64,000 nt of DNA, from the IMG/VR virus record IMGVR_UViG_3300035682_000004, one strand, 5' to 3'. Both the position numbers and the translations under genes were made by a program. Origin of the DNA: a virus. The notes under the pieces are model-generated. The model had not been told where the DNA came from and made no database searches. It saw only the letters and a list, made by a program, of their open reading frames with translations. Positions 43,831 through 54,175 of the stretch are shown in pieces. Positions within the stretch are counted from its first letter, which is position 1; each line of letters begins with the position of its first letter.

Positions 43831-44871
43831 ATGAATACAGATGAATTATTTAAACTTCTTGGTAACGTAACTCAAGAAGTAAAGGACGAGCCTACCTCAA
43901 ATAAACACTCTAGAGTAGTTTTAGTAGACGGATTAAATTTGTTTCTAAGAAACTTTGCTGTATTAAATTATATCAATTCAGATGGAGTGCATATAGGAGG
44001 TTTAGGTGGATTCTTAAGATCATTAGGATTTCTGATTAACAATATTCAACCAACATCTGTATATCTAGTATTTGACGGTATAGGTTCTTCCAATAACAGG
44101 AAGAACTTATTACCTGAATACAAATCAGGAAGACATCAAACACGAGTTACTAATTGGGATACGTTTGATGATTTAGAAGATGAAAATATTTCTAAGTATA
44201 ATCAAATTTCTCGTTTAATTCATTATCTAAAATGTTTACCTGTTAAAACAGTAGCAATAGATAAAGCAGAAGCAGACGACTTAATAGCTCATTTAAGTAC
44301 TCATTTAGCTTCAACTCATGACTCTAAGGTTTATATAGTATCTTCAGATAAAGATTTCTTACAATTAGTAAATAAAAATATTATTGTTTATTCTCCAATT
44401 GAAAAAGATTTCTATGATAGTAAAACTGTAAAGAGTAAGTTTGGCACTCCGCCTGAAAATTTTATCTTATATAAAACACTATTAGGAGACAATTCAGATA
44501 AAGTACCTGGTGTTAAAGGTTTAGGTAAAGGAAAAATATTTAAATTGTTTCCTGAATTACAAACTGAAATATTAACACTAGATGATATTTTTAAAATTAG
44601 CGCTGAAAAATATAAGGAACATATTATCTATTCTAGAATAGTGTTTGAAGAAGATTCAATACGAAATTGTTTTAAAATTATGAATCTAGCTAATCCAATT
44701 ATAGATGATAATGAGAAACAGTTCCTAGAAGAACTAATAATAGAAAGTTCACCAGAATTAAGAGCAGGTGATTTCTTAAAATTATACCATGAGGATGGAA
44801 TGGGTTTTACAATTAAAAATGTAGAACACTGGTTACCTAACAATTTCAATATACTAAATAGTTACAAATAA
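43831..44871 (+). CDS. 5'-3' exonuclease / flap endonuclease (T4 RNase H-like)
   Basis: LVDGLN, VFDG, YKSGR, EADD, SSDKDFLQL and GDNSDKVPGVKGLG motifs. Confidence 0.92.
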   Translation: MNTDELFKLLGNVTQEVKDEPTSNKHSRVVLVDGLNLFLRNFAVLNYINSDGVHIGGLGGFLRSLGFLINNIQPTSVYLVFDGIGSSNNRKNLLPEYKSGRHQTRVTNWDTFDDLEDENISKYNQISRLIHYLKCLPVKTVAIDKAEADDLIAHLSTHLASTHDSKVYIVSSDKDFLQLVNKNIIVYSPIEKDFYDSKTVKSKFGTPPENFILYKTLLGDNSDKVPGVKGLGKGKIFKLFPELQTEILTLDDIFKISAEKYKEHIIYSRIVFEEDSIRNCFKIMNLANPIIDDNEKQFLEELIIESSPELRAGDFLKLYHEDGMGFTIKNVEHWLPNNFNILNSYK

Positions 44872-44878
44872 ATAAGTT

Positions 44879-46255
44879 ATGACATTACAAACGATAGATC
44901 AGTATGGGACGGGATTTCAAATTAAAGTTATATCAGCTTTATTAACTCGTAAAGAATTTTTAGTAAATATCCATGATTTATTGACTGACGAATATTTTTC
45001 AAACCAAGGTCACAAGTGGATCATTAAACAAATTCTAGATTACTATTACAAATACCATACAACACCAAGTATGGAAGTACTTAAAGTTGAGTTAAAAAAA
45101 TTAACTAACGAAGTATTACAAGTATCTATTAAAGAACAATTAAAAGAAGCATATACATCATCAGACGATGATTTAGAATATGTAGAAAATGAATTTGCTA
45201 ATTTTTGTAGAAACCAACAGCTGAAGAGAGCTCTATTAAACAGCGTTGATTTACTTAACGCCGGAGATTATGACTCTATTAGGTTATTGGTTAATAACGC
45301 GCTTAAAGCAGGACAAGACAAAAATTTGGGCCACGAATACAATAAGGATACTGAATCTCGATATAGAGAAGATAATCGTTCATTTGTACCGACACCTTGG
45401 GAACACTTAAATGTATTATTACAAGGTGGTTTAGGAGGAGGTGATTTAGGTATTATATTTGGTAATCCAGGTGGAGGTAAATCATGGTCGTTAGTTGCAT
45501 TAGGTGGCCATGCTGTTAAATTAGGATATAATGTTATACATTATACACTAGAATTAGGTGAAGATTATGTAGGAAGACGTTATGATGCATTTTTTACTAA
45601 TAAACCAGTACAAAATATTGCAAACCATAGAAAAGAAATCGAAGACATGGTACCAAAATTACCTGGTAATTTGATTATTAAAGAGTTTGCAATGGGTAAA
45701 GCAACAATTTCAATGGTTGAGTCACATATTAAAAAATGTATTGAGTTAGATTTTAAACCTGACTTAGTTATTATTGACTATATTGACTTATTACGCTCTA
45801 AACGTTTAAAAGGTGAACGTAAAGATGAAGTTGATGATTTATATGTAAGTACTAAAGGATTAGCAAGAGAATTAAATTTACCAGTTTGGTCAGTGTCTCA
45901 AGTAAATCGTGCGGGTGCTAAAGATGATGTAATTGAAGGTGATAAAGCAGCAGGTTCATATGATAAAATGATGATTTCAGATTTTGCAATGTCATTATCA
46001 AGAAAACGTTTAGACAAAACAAACGGTACTGGTAGAGTTCATATTATGAAGAACAGATATGGTATGGATGGTATGACATTTAACGCTAAAATTGATACAT
46101 CTACAGGTCATATAGACATTAATACAGCTGAAATGCATTATGAGGATTCAGAACCAGAACAAGGCTTTAAACCAGCAGGTTTATCACCAAATACTAATTT
46201 TGATTTTATGGATAAGCAGTTACTAAGTCAGAAATTTTTTGAATTAGGAAAATAA
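44879..46255 (+). CDS. dnaB: Replicative DnaB/gp41-like helicase
   Basis: Walker A GNPGGGKS; YTLEL, IIDYIDLL, SQVNR and KNRYG motifs. Confidence 0.92.
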   Translation: MTLQTIDQYGTGFQIKVISALLTRKEFLVNIHDLLTDEYFSNQGHKWIIKQILDYYYKYHTTPSMEVLKVELKKLTNEVLQVSIKEQLKEAYTSSDDDLEYVENEFANFCRNQQLKRALLNSVDLLNAGDYDSIRLLVNNALKAGQDKNLGHEYNKDTESRYREDNRSFVPTPWEHLNVLLQGGLGGGDLGIIFGNPGGGKSWSLVALGGHAVKLGYNVIHYTLELGEDYVGRRYDAFFTNKPVQNIANHRKEIEDMVPKLPGNLIIKEFAMGKATISMVESHIKKCIELDFKPDLVIIDYIDLLRSKRLKGERKDEVDDLYVSTKGLARELNLPVWSVSQVNRAGAKDDVIEGDKAAGSYDKMMISDFAMSLSRKRLDKTNGTGRVHIMKNRYGMDGMTFNAKIDTSTGHIDINTAEMHYEDSEPEQGFKPAGLSPNTNFDFMDKQLLSQKFFELGK

Positions 46256-46286
46256 AATTTAATATTTATCACCATAACCACAAAAT

Positions 46287-46766
46287 ATGTCTACAGTAGT
46301 ATTAATAGCTTGTTCAGCAACAAAATTACCTAAGCCAGCACCAGCTTTTGAATTATACTCATCAGATTTATTTCAAAAGAATTGGGCGTATGCTAAAAAA
46401 TTAGCGGAAGAAAAAGATATCTACATTTTATCTGCAAAATTTCATTTAGTACCACATGATAAAGTTATACCACCGTATAATGTGACTTTAAAAGAGTTAT
46501 CATCTGATAAACGTAAAGAATGGTCAGATGAAGTATTAAAACAAATTCAAGCAAAAGGTTATAGTTTAGATAAAGACAAGTTTATATTTTTAGCAGGAAA
46601 TGCTTACAGACAATATTTAGTACCCGAAATGAAGCACACAGAAGTACCATTTGAAGGATTAAGAATTGGTCAACAAAAGAAAGCGTTATTACAAAAATTA
46701 GAAGAAAAATTAATTAGTTTTGCAAGGTATATTATTAATGAAGTTAAAAAAATTAATTTACTATGA
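46287..46766 (+). CDS. DUF6884 / YaaA-like domain protein
   Basis: LIACSATK...PAFELY...YILSAKFHLV...PYNVTL...GLRIGQQ. Confidence 0.65.
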   Translation: MSTVVLIACSATKLPKPAPAFELYSSDLFQKNWAYAKKLAEEKDIYILSAKFHLVPHDKVIPPYNVTLKELSSDKRKEWSDEVLKQIQAKGYSLDKDKFIFLAGNAYRQYLVPEMKHTEVPFEGLRIGQQKKALLQKLEEKLISFARYIINEVKKINLL

Positions 46767-47026
46767 AATTAGAACAAACTCACATCAACAAACTAATTAC
46801 TGAGTATATCGAAGATAGTTATTCCTTCGGAGATGAAAATCCCGATCTAATTAACGAGACCTTAAACTCGTATAAACAGTTGATTTTAGAATCAAACAAA
46901 CCAGTTATTACTCTTGAAGCATTAAAATCACATGCTTCTAGTCTAACAGAATCAAAAAAAGAAGTATTTAATGATTTCATTTTATATCTTCAAATGACGG
47001 AATTAGACAACAAATTATTTAATTAG
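46763..47026 (+). CDS. Hypothetical protein with multiple (I/L)xE motifs
   Basis: LITE, LINE, LILE and LTE in 87 aa; ATGA overlap with the previous gene. Confidence 0.6.
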   Translation: MKLEQTHINKLITEYIEDSYSFGDENPDLINETLNSYKQLILESNKPVITLEALKSHASSLTESKKEVFNDFILYLQMTELDNKLFN

Positions 47027-47049
47027 TTAATTTAAAATTTTATTTAAAC

Positions 47050-48903
47050 ATGTTGACATTAGAATCACAAATTCTGAGTGAGATTACTACCCACCTTAAG
47101 TACGCGAAGTACTTACCCGAAGTAAAAAGAAGAGAAACTTGGGACGAATTAGTTACCCGAAACAAGGAAATGCATACTGAAAAGTATCCGGCATTAAAAG
47201 AAGAGATTGATTGGGCTTATAAATTTGTGTATGACAAAAAGGTATTACCTTCAATGCGTAGTTTACAATTTGGTGGTAAACCAATTCAAATAAACAATTC
47301 AAGAATATTTAATTGTTCTTATTTACCAATTGATGACATGGCTGCATTTTCTGAAATTATGTTTTTATTACTTTCAGGATGTGGAGTAGGTTATTCAGTA
47401 CAACAACACCACATTGAAAAATTACCTGAAATTAGAAAACCATTAAAATCTAAAAGATATTTAGTTGGTGACTCAATTGAAGGATGGGCTGACGCAGTTA
47501 AAGTATTAATGAAAGCTTACTTAAGAGGAGGTGCAGCACCTGCTTTTGACTTTAGAGATATTCGTCCTAAAGGAGCTGAGTTAATTACTGTAGGAGGTAA
47601 AGCACCAGGTCCAGAACCATTAAAAATTGCTTTAACACATGTACAAGCTATTTTAGACAGAAAACAAGATGGTCAAAAATTATCATCATTAGAATGTCAT
47701 GATATTATTTGTCACTTAGCTGACGCAGTATTATCAGGTGGTATTAGAAGAGCAGCATTAATTTCATTATTTAATTTAGATGATGAAGAAATGTTAACTT
47801 GTAAATTTGGAAATTGGTGGGAAGAAAATCCACAACGTGGAAGAGCAAATAACTCAGCAATGTTGTTACGTTCTAAAATTGAAAAAGATACATTTTTAAC
47901 ATTATGGAAGAAAATTGAATTAAGTAATAGTGGTGAACCTGGTTTCTTATTCTCAAACGATAAGGACGCAGGTACAAATCCATGTGCTGAAATTAATTTA
48001 AAACCAAATCAATTCTGTAACTTATGTGAAATCAATGCTTCAGATATTGATACACAAGAAGAATATAATGCGAGAGCTAAAGCAGCATCATTTATTGGAA
48101 CATTACAGGCTTCATATACTGATTTTCATTACTTAAGAGATGTTTGGAAGAAAACAACTGAAAAAGAAGCATTATTAGGTATTGGAATGACAGGTATTGC
48201 TTCAGGAGCTGTTTTAAAATTAAACATGAAAGAAGCAGCTAAAGTAGCTGTTGAAGAAAATGAACGTGTAGCTAAAATTATTGGTATTAATAGAGCAGCT
48301 CGTGTTACAACAGTTAAGCCATCAGGTACTACAAGTTTAGTATTAGGTACTTCATCTGGTATTCATGCTTGGCATGATGAGTTTTATGCTAGAAGAATTA
48401 GAGTAGGCAAAAACGAAGCGTTATATACTTACTTAAGTATCTATCACCCAGAATTATTAGAAGATGATTTCTTTAAACCAACTATTCAAGCTGTAATTTC
48501 AGTTCCACAAAAAGCACCTCAAGGAGCAATTACACGTTCAGAATCAGCTATTGATTTATTAGAACGTATTAAAACAATTAATAAAAATTGGATCAAACCA
48601 GGACATAGAAGAGGAGCTAACATGCATAATGTTTCTGCTACAGTAACTCTTAAACCTGATGAGTGGGAATCAATTGGAGAGTGGTTATTCGAAAATAAAG
48701 AATATTTTACAGCATTATCAGTTCTACCACATTCAGATCACACTTACGTTCAAGCACCATTTGAAACCATAGATGAGGACAAATTTAATGAAATGGTAAA
48801 AAGTTTACATAACATTGACTTATCTAAAGTAATAGAAATGAATGACAACACAGCAAGACAAGACGAACTCGCCTGTGCCGGAGGAAATTGCGAAGTCCAA
48901 TAA
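47050..48903 (+). CDS. nrdJ: Class II (adenosylcobalamin-dependent) ribonucleotide reductase
   Basis: FNCS, GCGVG, GGIRRAA, TNPCAE, TVKPSGT and C-terminal ACAGGNCE motifs; 617 aa with no adjacent small-subunit gene. Confidence 0.88.
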   Translation: MLTLESQILSEITTHLKYAKYLPEVKRRETWDELVTRNKEMHTEKYPALKEEIDWAYKFVYDKKVLPSMRSLQFGGKPIQINNSRIFNCSYLPIDDMAAFSEIMFLLLSGCGVGYSVQQHHIEKLPEIRKPLKSKRYLVGDSIEGWADAVKVLMKAYLRGGAAPAFDFRDIRPKGAELITVGGKAPGPEPLKIALTHVQAILDRKQDGQKLSSLECHDIICHLADAVLSGGIRRAALISLFNLDDEEMLTCKFGNWWEENPQRGRANNSAMLLRSKIEKDTFLTLWKKIELSNSGEPGFLFSNDKDAGTNPCAEINLKPNQFCNLCEINASDIDTQEEYNARAKAASFIGTLQASYTDFHYLRDVWKKTTEKEALLGIGMTGIASGAVLKLNMKEAAKVAVEENERVAKIIGINRAARVTTVKPSGTTSLVLGTSSGIHAWHDEFYARRIRVGKNEALYTYLSIYHPELLEDDFFKPTIQAVISVPQKAPQGAITRSESAIDLLERIKTINKNWIKPGHRRGANMHNVSATVTLKPDEWESIGEWLFENKEYFTALSVLPHSDHTYVQAPFETIDEDKFNEMVKSLHNIDLSKVIEMNDNTARQDELACAGGNCEVQ

Positions 48904-49045
48904 CACTCAAGATTACTATATAGAAAATGGGTATCGTGTTCTCACGGCCCATTTTCTTATTAATCGTGGTTATTGTTGTGGAAATGGTTGTCGACATTGT
49001 CCTTACCATCCACAACATATAAAAGGTACTCAAACTTTACAATAG
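48842..49045 (+). CDS. Small Cys-rich protein (DUF5522-like)
   Basis: DYYIENG...RGYCCGNGCRHCPY; the start may be the GTG at 48875. Confidence 0.7.
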   Translation: MTTQQDKTNSPVPEEIAKSNNTQDYYIENGYRVLTAHFLINRGYCCGNGCRHCPYHPQHIKGTQTLQ

Positions 49046-49047
49046 GC

Positions 49048-49080
49048 TTGGCTTCCCTAAATATCTTTGTTATGTTTAGG
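49048..49080 (+). promoter_or_regulatory. Promoter copy 1 of a near-duplicated 33-bp element
   Basis: TTGGCTTCCCTAAATATCTTTGTTATGTTTAGG; 29/33 identical to 50488-50520. Confidence 0.7.
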
Positions 49081-49082
49081 AT

Positions 49083-50255
49083 ATGAATATAGATTTAAGT
49101 AAAATAGCCAAGAAATTAATGTTAGATGAACCGTTTTATGGTTTGTTCCTATTAACATTAAACAAACGAGAAAACACAAACATTCCAACTGCTTGTGTAT
49201 CATTACAAGGTATTAACCAATCTTTAGAGATTAATCCGGAGTATTGGAATTCATTACCTGAACTTCAACGAGTAGGATTATTAAAACATGAATTGTTACA
49301 TATCATGTTTCATCACTTCCTATTAGACACAACAATGTATCCGGATGCTAAACTAAGAAACATAGCCGCAGATATAGAAATCAATCAATTTATAGACGAA
49401 CAAAACAAATCAAAGGAGTGGTTAAGTTTAACTTCAGTTCCTAATTTAGTTTTACCTGAAAAAGCGGGTACAAGAGTTTATTATGATATGATTAAGGATA
49501 AAGCATCAACTTGTCCTCAAGTTCAAGAATGGCTTGATGGATTAGGAGATGATAGTTGTGAATTTGCTGATGGTCATGAAATGTGGGGTGATCCAAATAT
49601 GGATGAAGCAACTAAAAAATTAATTGGTAAACAATTAGAACATCAAGTAAAAGAGATTGCTGAACATTTAGATAAAAAAGGTTCTAATTTTAGAGGTACA
49701 TTACCTGGTTCATTAGTAGAATGGATTGATAGTTTATTTGAATTGCCAATACCAGTTACTGATTGGAAATCATATTTTAAACGTTTTATATCATCATCAG
49801 ATAAAGTAGTTACTAAAAAATCTAGAAACAAATACAATAAACGTTTTCCAGGCAACCCAGCTCTAAAAATTAAACATAAGAAAAATATATTAGTAGCAAT
49901 TGATACTTCAGGTTCAGTTAGTAGTGATAATTTAGTTGAGTTTTTAGGTCAATTATTACATATTCATAAAACAGGTCATGAAGTAACAGTAATGGAATGT
50001 GATGCTAAAATTACTAATATATTTAAATATAAAGGAGATAAAGAGATTGCTATTACAGGTAGAGGAGGAACAGATTTTCAACCAGCAATTGATTATTTTA
50101 ATCAGCATATTCAAACATATAACACATTAGTATTTTTTACAGATGGTTATGCACCTGCTCCTACACCTCCTAAACGTCCAATGTTATGGGTAATGACAAA
50201 AGATGGTGAAACTAAAACAACAAAATTTCCAGGCAAAGTAGTACACATGAATTAA
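49083..50255 (+). CDS. Metallopeptidase-like plus vWA domain protein (DUF2201-type)
   Basis: HELLH (HExxH), NIAADIEIN, MIDAS motif DTSGS, GRGGTDF and FTDGY. Confidence 0.85.
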   Translation: MNIDLSKIAKKLMLDEPFYGLFLLTLNKRENTNIPTACVSLQGINQSLEINPEYWNSLPELQRVGLLKHELLHIMFHHFLLDTTMYPDAKLRNIAADIEINQFIDEQNKSKEWLSLTSVPNLVLPEKAGTRVYYDMIKDKASTCPQVQEWLDGLGDDSCEFADGHEMWGDPNMDEATKKLIGKQLEHQVKEIAEHLDKKGSNFRGTLPGSLVEWIDSLFELPIPVTDWKSYFKRFISSSDKVVTKKSRNKYNKRFPGNPALKIKHKKNILVAIDTSGSVSSDNLVEFLGQLLHIHKTGHEVTVMECDAKITNIFKYKGDKEIAITGRGGTDFQPAIDYFNQHIQTYNTLVFFTDGYAPAPTPPKRPMLWVMTKDGETKTTKFPGKVVHMN

Positions 50256-50256
50256 T

Positions 50257-50502
50257 ATGGAATTAGAATTTAATCTTGAATCTGTTGAACGATTAGTCAG
50301 TATGATTAAATCAGACGACCACGACAATTTAGTAATGGCTATGACCATTCTATTTAACTTAAATGATGAACAAGCTGATATTAAAGCAACTAAAACAGAG
50401 TTATATCAATTAGTAATTGATGTGCATAGTTGGGGTAAATTTATTGAGTTATATAAAAAGAACATTGAAATATATGAACCAGAAAGTTTGGCTTCCCAAT
50501 AA
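50257..50502 (+). CDS. Small helical hypothetical protein
   Basis: Shares an LxSM..S.D..N...A..IL.N motif with the 51765 ORF. Confidence 0.65.
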   Translation: MELEFNLESVERLVSMIKSDDHDNLVMAMTILFNLNDEQADIKATKTELYQLVIDVHSWGKFIELYKKNIEIYEPESLASQ

Positions 50503-50520
50503 ATCTTTGTTATATTTAGG
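50488..50520 (+). promoter_or_regulatory. Promoter copy 2 of the near-duplicated 33-bp element
   Basis: TTGGCTTCCCAATAAATCTTTGTTATATTTAGG. Confidence 0.7.
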
Positions 50521-50545
50521 TATAAAGAAATAAAAGATAAAAATT

Positions 50546-51760
50546 ATGGCAAAAGGTTCTAAAAAAAGTACGGAGACTTCATCATCAAATCAAGTATCCC
50601 TAAATCCAAAGGATTTAAAATCATTCCTAAATCACATTGTTAGTAACAATCGATTTCTTCAGGAACAAGGCAAACCAGTAGTGAGTGTTGAAGTAGTAGG
50701 AGAAAGTGGTATTGGAAAAACATCATCAATTATTCAATTATCAAAAGAGTTGAATGTAGATTTTGTTAAGTTAAATTTAGCTCAAATTGAAGAGTTAGGA
50801 GACATAGTAGGTTTTCCAATCAGACAATTTGAAGTATGTCAAAACGAGGAAGAGAAATGTGTTTGGATTGATGAACATGCAGTAGATGAATACACTAAAT
50901 TAGGGTATAAATTTACAGGTAAAAATCGAATGAGTTATTGTCCACCTGAGTGGATTAGTGGTAAAACAAAAGGTGGTATTCTATTATTAGATGACTGGAA
51001 TAGAGCTGATATGAGATTCATACAAGCTGTAATGGAGTTAATTGATAGACAAGAATACATTAGCTGGAAACTACCTAAAGACTGGCATATCATATTAACA
51101 AGTAATCCTGATACAGATGATTATATTGTTAATTCAATTGACTCCGCTCAAAAAACACGATTCATCTCAGTTAATTTAAAGTATGATGTTTCATGTTGGG
51201 CAGAATGGGCTGAACAAAATCAATTAGATAACAGATGTATTAATTTTATGTTACTACATCCTGAACTAATTACCAAAAATGTCAATCCAAGAAGTACATC
51301 AATGTTTTTTAATTCAATATCATCATTAGAATCATTTGATAAATCATTACCATTAATTCAAATGATTGGAGAAGGTAGTGTTGGTGTTGAATTTGCAAGT
51401 ATGTTCACAATGTTTATCAATAACAAATTAGATAAATTAGTAAAAATACATGATGTATTATTTCATGACAATGAAAAATATATTTTAGGTGAATTAAAAG
51501 GATGTATTGGATCTGACAAAAATTATAGAGCAGATATTGCCTCAACGTTAGCAACCAGATTAATCAATTATAGTTTATTTTATTCAAGTGATAATAAAAT
51601 AGATGATAGCTTAATTAATCGAATTAAAGAGATTATCATAGGAGATATATTTGCAGTTGATTTAAAGTACCATATTGTAAAGTCAATCTATAATGGTGAT
51701 GCTAATAAGTTTAAAAGCTTAATGTTAAAGAAAGAGTTGGTTTCATATTTAATGAAGTAA
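50546..51760 (+). CDS. MoxR-like AAA+ ATPase
   Basis: Walker A GESGIGKT, Walker B LLLDDWNRA, TSNP, DSAQKTRF and NPRS. Confidence 0.85.
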   Translation: MAKGSKKSTETSSSNQVSLNPKDLKSFLNHIVSNNRFLQEQGKPVVSVEVVGESGIGKTSSIIQLSKELNVDFVKLNLAQIEELGDIVGFPIRQFEVCQNEEEKCVWIDEHAVDEYTKLGYKFTGKNRMSYCPPEWISGKTKGGILLLDDWNRADMRFIQAVMELIDRQEYISWKLPKDWHIILTSNPDTDDYIVNSIDSAQKTRFISVNLKYDVSCWAEWAEQNQLDNRCINFMLLHPELITKNVNPRSTSMFFNSISSLESFDKSLPLIQMIGEGSVGVEFASMFTMFINNKLDKLVKIHDVLFHDNEKYILGELKGCIGSDKNYRADIASTLATRLINYSLFYSSDNKIDDSLINRIKEIIIGDIFAVDLKYHIVKSIYNGDANKFKSLMLKKELVSYLMK

Positions 51761-51764
51761 GAAC

Positions 51765-52796
51765 ATGATATATTTTTATAAAAGCGGTTGGATAGACAAC
51801 AGAAACATTATTGTAGATTCAAGTACTATATATGGTTACTTAAATGAGTCAGATGTTAATAGTTTTAAAGCTAGTTTATTTAATTTTAAAAACAATAAAA
51901 TTGAAGATGGTGATGTAGTTTGTTTTGGTAAAGATAATATTACTAGAGATAAGTTAAAAGATTTAAATGAACGAGTTAAATTTAAACGAGTAACAGATGA
52001 ATCTAAAGCTGATACATTAGTAATAGATGATATTTGGTTTTATGATAAAATAAAAGAGTCGAACTTAGTAGAATATTCATTTTTACCTTGTAATATAAAA
52101 ACTAAATTACATAGTAATGATCCATTTGTAAAAACAAATAATGTTGAAGTTTGCCTTGGAACAACAGAACATGTTAAGAGATATGGTAATCCTAAATTAT
52201 CAATTGCAAATCCAATTGTAAAATCTTATTATCAAATTGTAAATTCATATGTGTATAATAGAGATAGGTCAATTAATATAATTGTTGAAGAAGAGAGAGG
52301 AATGAATTTAGTTATATCAAAACTAAAACAAATTGCTAATTCATTAACAACAACTAAAAAAATTGTTTTAGCAAGTTCATTACAACATCAATTTAATGAA
52401 GATAGTATTGAATTAAATGAGGAAACATATGAAACGTTAAAATCTATGTTTGCATCTTCAGATACAGAAAATACATTATTAGCTTTAGAAATTTTAGCAA
52501 ACGCAAAAATACCTGAAGAAAATAGAGTGTTAGTAACATTATTATTGTATAACAATCATTATGGTATAACTCCACTTGTTAAAACAAATAATATTAATAA
52601 GTTCTTAAAATTATATAAATACGAGTATAAGTTAGGAAGAGAGCCAATGAGTCATGTGATGGGTTTATTAATGGATAAATATTACTCACCTAAATTTGAA
52701 TCATTTATTAAAGCATTAATAGTTGATTATATCAATAAGCATTTACTTAATGATAAATCGTCAAAACATAGAATCTCAGCCATAGAGTTATCTTAA
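51765..52796 (+). CDS. Hypothetical protein
   Basis: Long ORF with a helical motif shared with the 50257 ORF. Confidence 0.7.
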   Translation: MIYFYKSGWIDNRNIIVDSSTIYGYLNESDVNSFKASLFNFKNNKIEDGDVVCFGKDNITRDKLKDLNERVKFKRVTDESKADTLVIDDIWFYDKIKESNLVEYSFLPCNIKTKLHSNDPFVKTNNVEVCLGTTEHVKRYGNPKLSIANPIVKSYYQIVNSYVYNRDRSINIIVEEERGMNLVISKLKQIANSLTTTKKIVLASSLQHQFNEDSIELNEETYETLKSMFASSDTENTLLALEILANAKIPEENRVLVTLLLYNNHYGITPLVKTNNINKFLKLYKYEYKLGREPMSHVMGLLMDKYYSPKFESFIKALIVDYINKHLLNDKSSKHRISAIELS

Positions 52797-52803
52797 ATTA
52801 GGT

Positions 52804-52833
52804 TTGGCCTTCGGGCCATTCCTTATTACATTT
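52804..52833 (+). promoter_or_regulatory. Promoter overlapping a C(UUCG)G tetraloop hairpin
   Basis: TTG(52804)-N20-TACATTT(52827); hairpin TGGCC-TTCG-GGCCA at 52805-52818. Confidence 0.55.
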
Positions 52834-52838
52834 AAACA

Positions 52839-53348
52839 ATGACAGTAAAAGATATATTAAAAGAATTAGGATTTAATCATAAGATTAAAGCACCTCAAAA
52901 ACCTAAATGGAATGGAGCTAATAAATTTTATTGGTGGAGACGATTTCCAATCCATAAAGATCTCCACAAATACCAACCACTACAAAACAAAATAGATAAC
53001 GGAGATTTTGATTATACTCCTTATGCTAAGTATATAGATTATGAGCATTATTGGATGGCTGAAGAAATTTTAGCTATTAGAGAGCAAAATCTACGATTTA
53101 ACATCAGACGAGAAAAAGAAGATGAAATCATAGTATCATATGCTAAACGTTTAAAACATTTAAGAGAAGATATGATGAAAGATGAGTTTAATCGTATTAA
53201 AGATTTTAAAGAAGCATTAAGGTATCATTTAGGTGGTACTAAAGATTTAGCAAATGATTATGTTGAGGAAATAGAAGGTACTTTAACTGAGATAGCTTCA
53301 CATTATCCAAAATGGTTAGAACAAAGAAAATTAAGTTTGGCAAATTAA
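52839..53348 (+). CDS. Hypothetical protein
   Basis: FYWWRRF and KIDNGDFD motifs; has its own promoter-like element. Confidence 0.7.
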   Translation: MTVKDILKELGFNHKIKAPQKPKWNGANKFYWWRRFPIHKDLHKYQPLQNKIDNGDFDYTPYAKYIDYEHYWMAEEILAIREQNLRFNIRREKEDEIIVSYAKRLKHLREDMMKDEFNRIKDFKEALRYHLGGTKDLANDYVEEIEGTLTEIASHYPKWLEQRKLSLAN

Positions 53349-53380
53349 TAAAATCTTTTATATTTATATAAAATAAAGTT

Positions 53381-54175
53381 ATGCAAGTATCACATGAACT
53401 CCCTCTCAATTTATTAAACAAATCTTATTCATGGAATGACTATGACTATTGTCTTCCTCATTTAATTGATAAACATACAGCATATAAAGAATACTTTACT
53501 AGAGCTAGAAATCATGGTCGTTTTATAATTTGTGATAATGGTTTATTTGAAGGTGTGACTCACACTGAAAAAGATTTAATTGAAAAAATTAATCTAATCA
53601 AACCAGATATTTTTATTGTTCCTGATGAATGGAATGATACAGCTATTACTCATAGAAATGCTAAATATTGGATGAATACACTTAGAGCTCAGTTACCTGA
53701 AAAAACTGAATTAATGGTAGTAATGCAAGGACATACATTAGGAGATTTTATGAATCTATATAATCAGTGTGTTGCTTTAGGTTATACTCATTTTGCATTT
53801 AATCATTCATCTATATATTACCAACATGATGGTTATCATCCAAATCCATTAGTGAATCAAATGATAAATAGAATTTATGTAATTTCTAGATTATATAAAG
53901 AAAAAATTATTAAAGATAGTCATTATGTTCACTTATTAGGAGCCTCGTTACCTCAAGAATTCCTATATTATAATGATCCAAAATATGCTTTTATTAAGTC
54001 TGTCGACACATCTAATCCGGTTATTGTAGGCGCGTTAGGTCAGTTTTATGAGGAATATGGTTTATTAACTAAACCAAAAAATAAAATTGAAGAGTTTATG
54101 GAGAAAGAATTTAGTAAAAAAGAAATAGAAGTTATACAAAGTAACATTAACAAATTTAAATCGTTTATAAAATGA
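53381..54175 (+). CDS. Divergent TGT-fold protein, candidate DpdA-like DNA-guanine transglycosylase
   Basis: ICDNGLFE, IVPD, VVMQG, VHLLG and SVDTS echo TGT/DpdA motifs (DSG, D, QG, HxxG, DS); first gene of the que cluster. Confidence 0.55.
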   Translation: MQVSHELPLNLLNKSYSWNDYDYCLPHLIDKHTAYKEYFTRARNHGRFIICDNGLFEGVTHTEKDLIEKINLIKPDIFIVPDEWNDTAITHRNAKYWMNTLRAQLPEKTELMVVMQGHTLGDFMNLYNQCVALGYTHFAFNHSSIYYQHDGYHPNPLVNQMINRIYVISRLYKEKIIKDSHYVHLLGASLPQEFLYYNDPKYAFIKSVDTSNPVIVGALGQFYEEYGLLTKPKNKIEEFMEKEFSKKEIEVIQSNINKFKSFIK

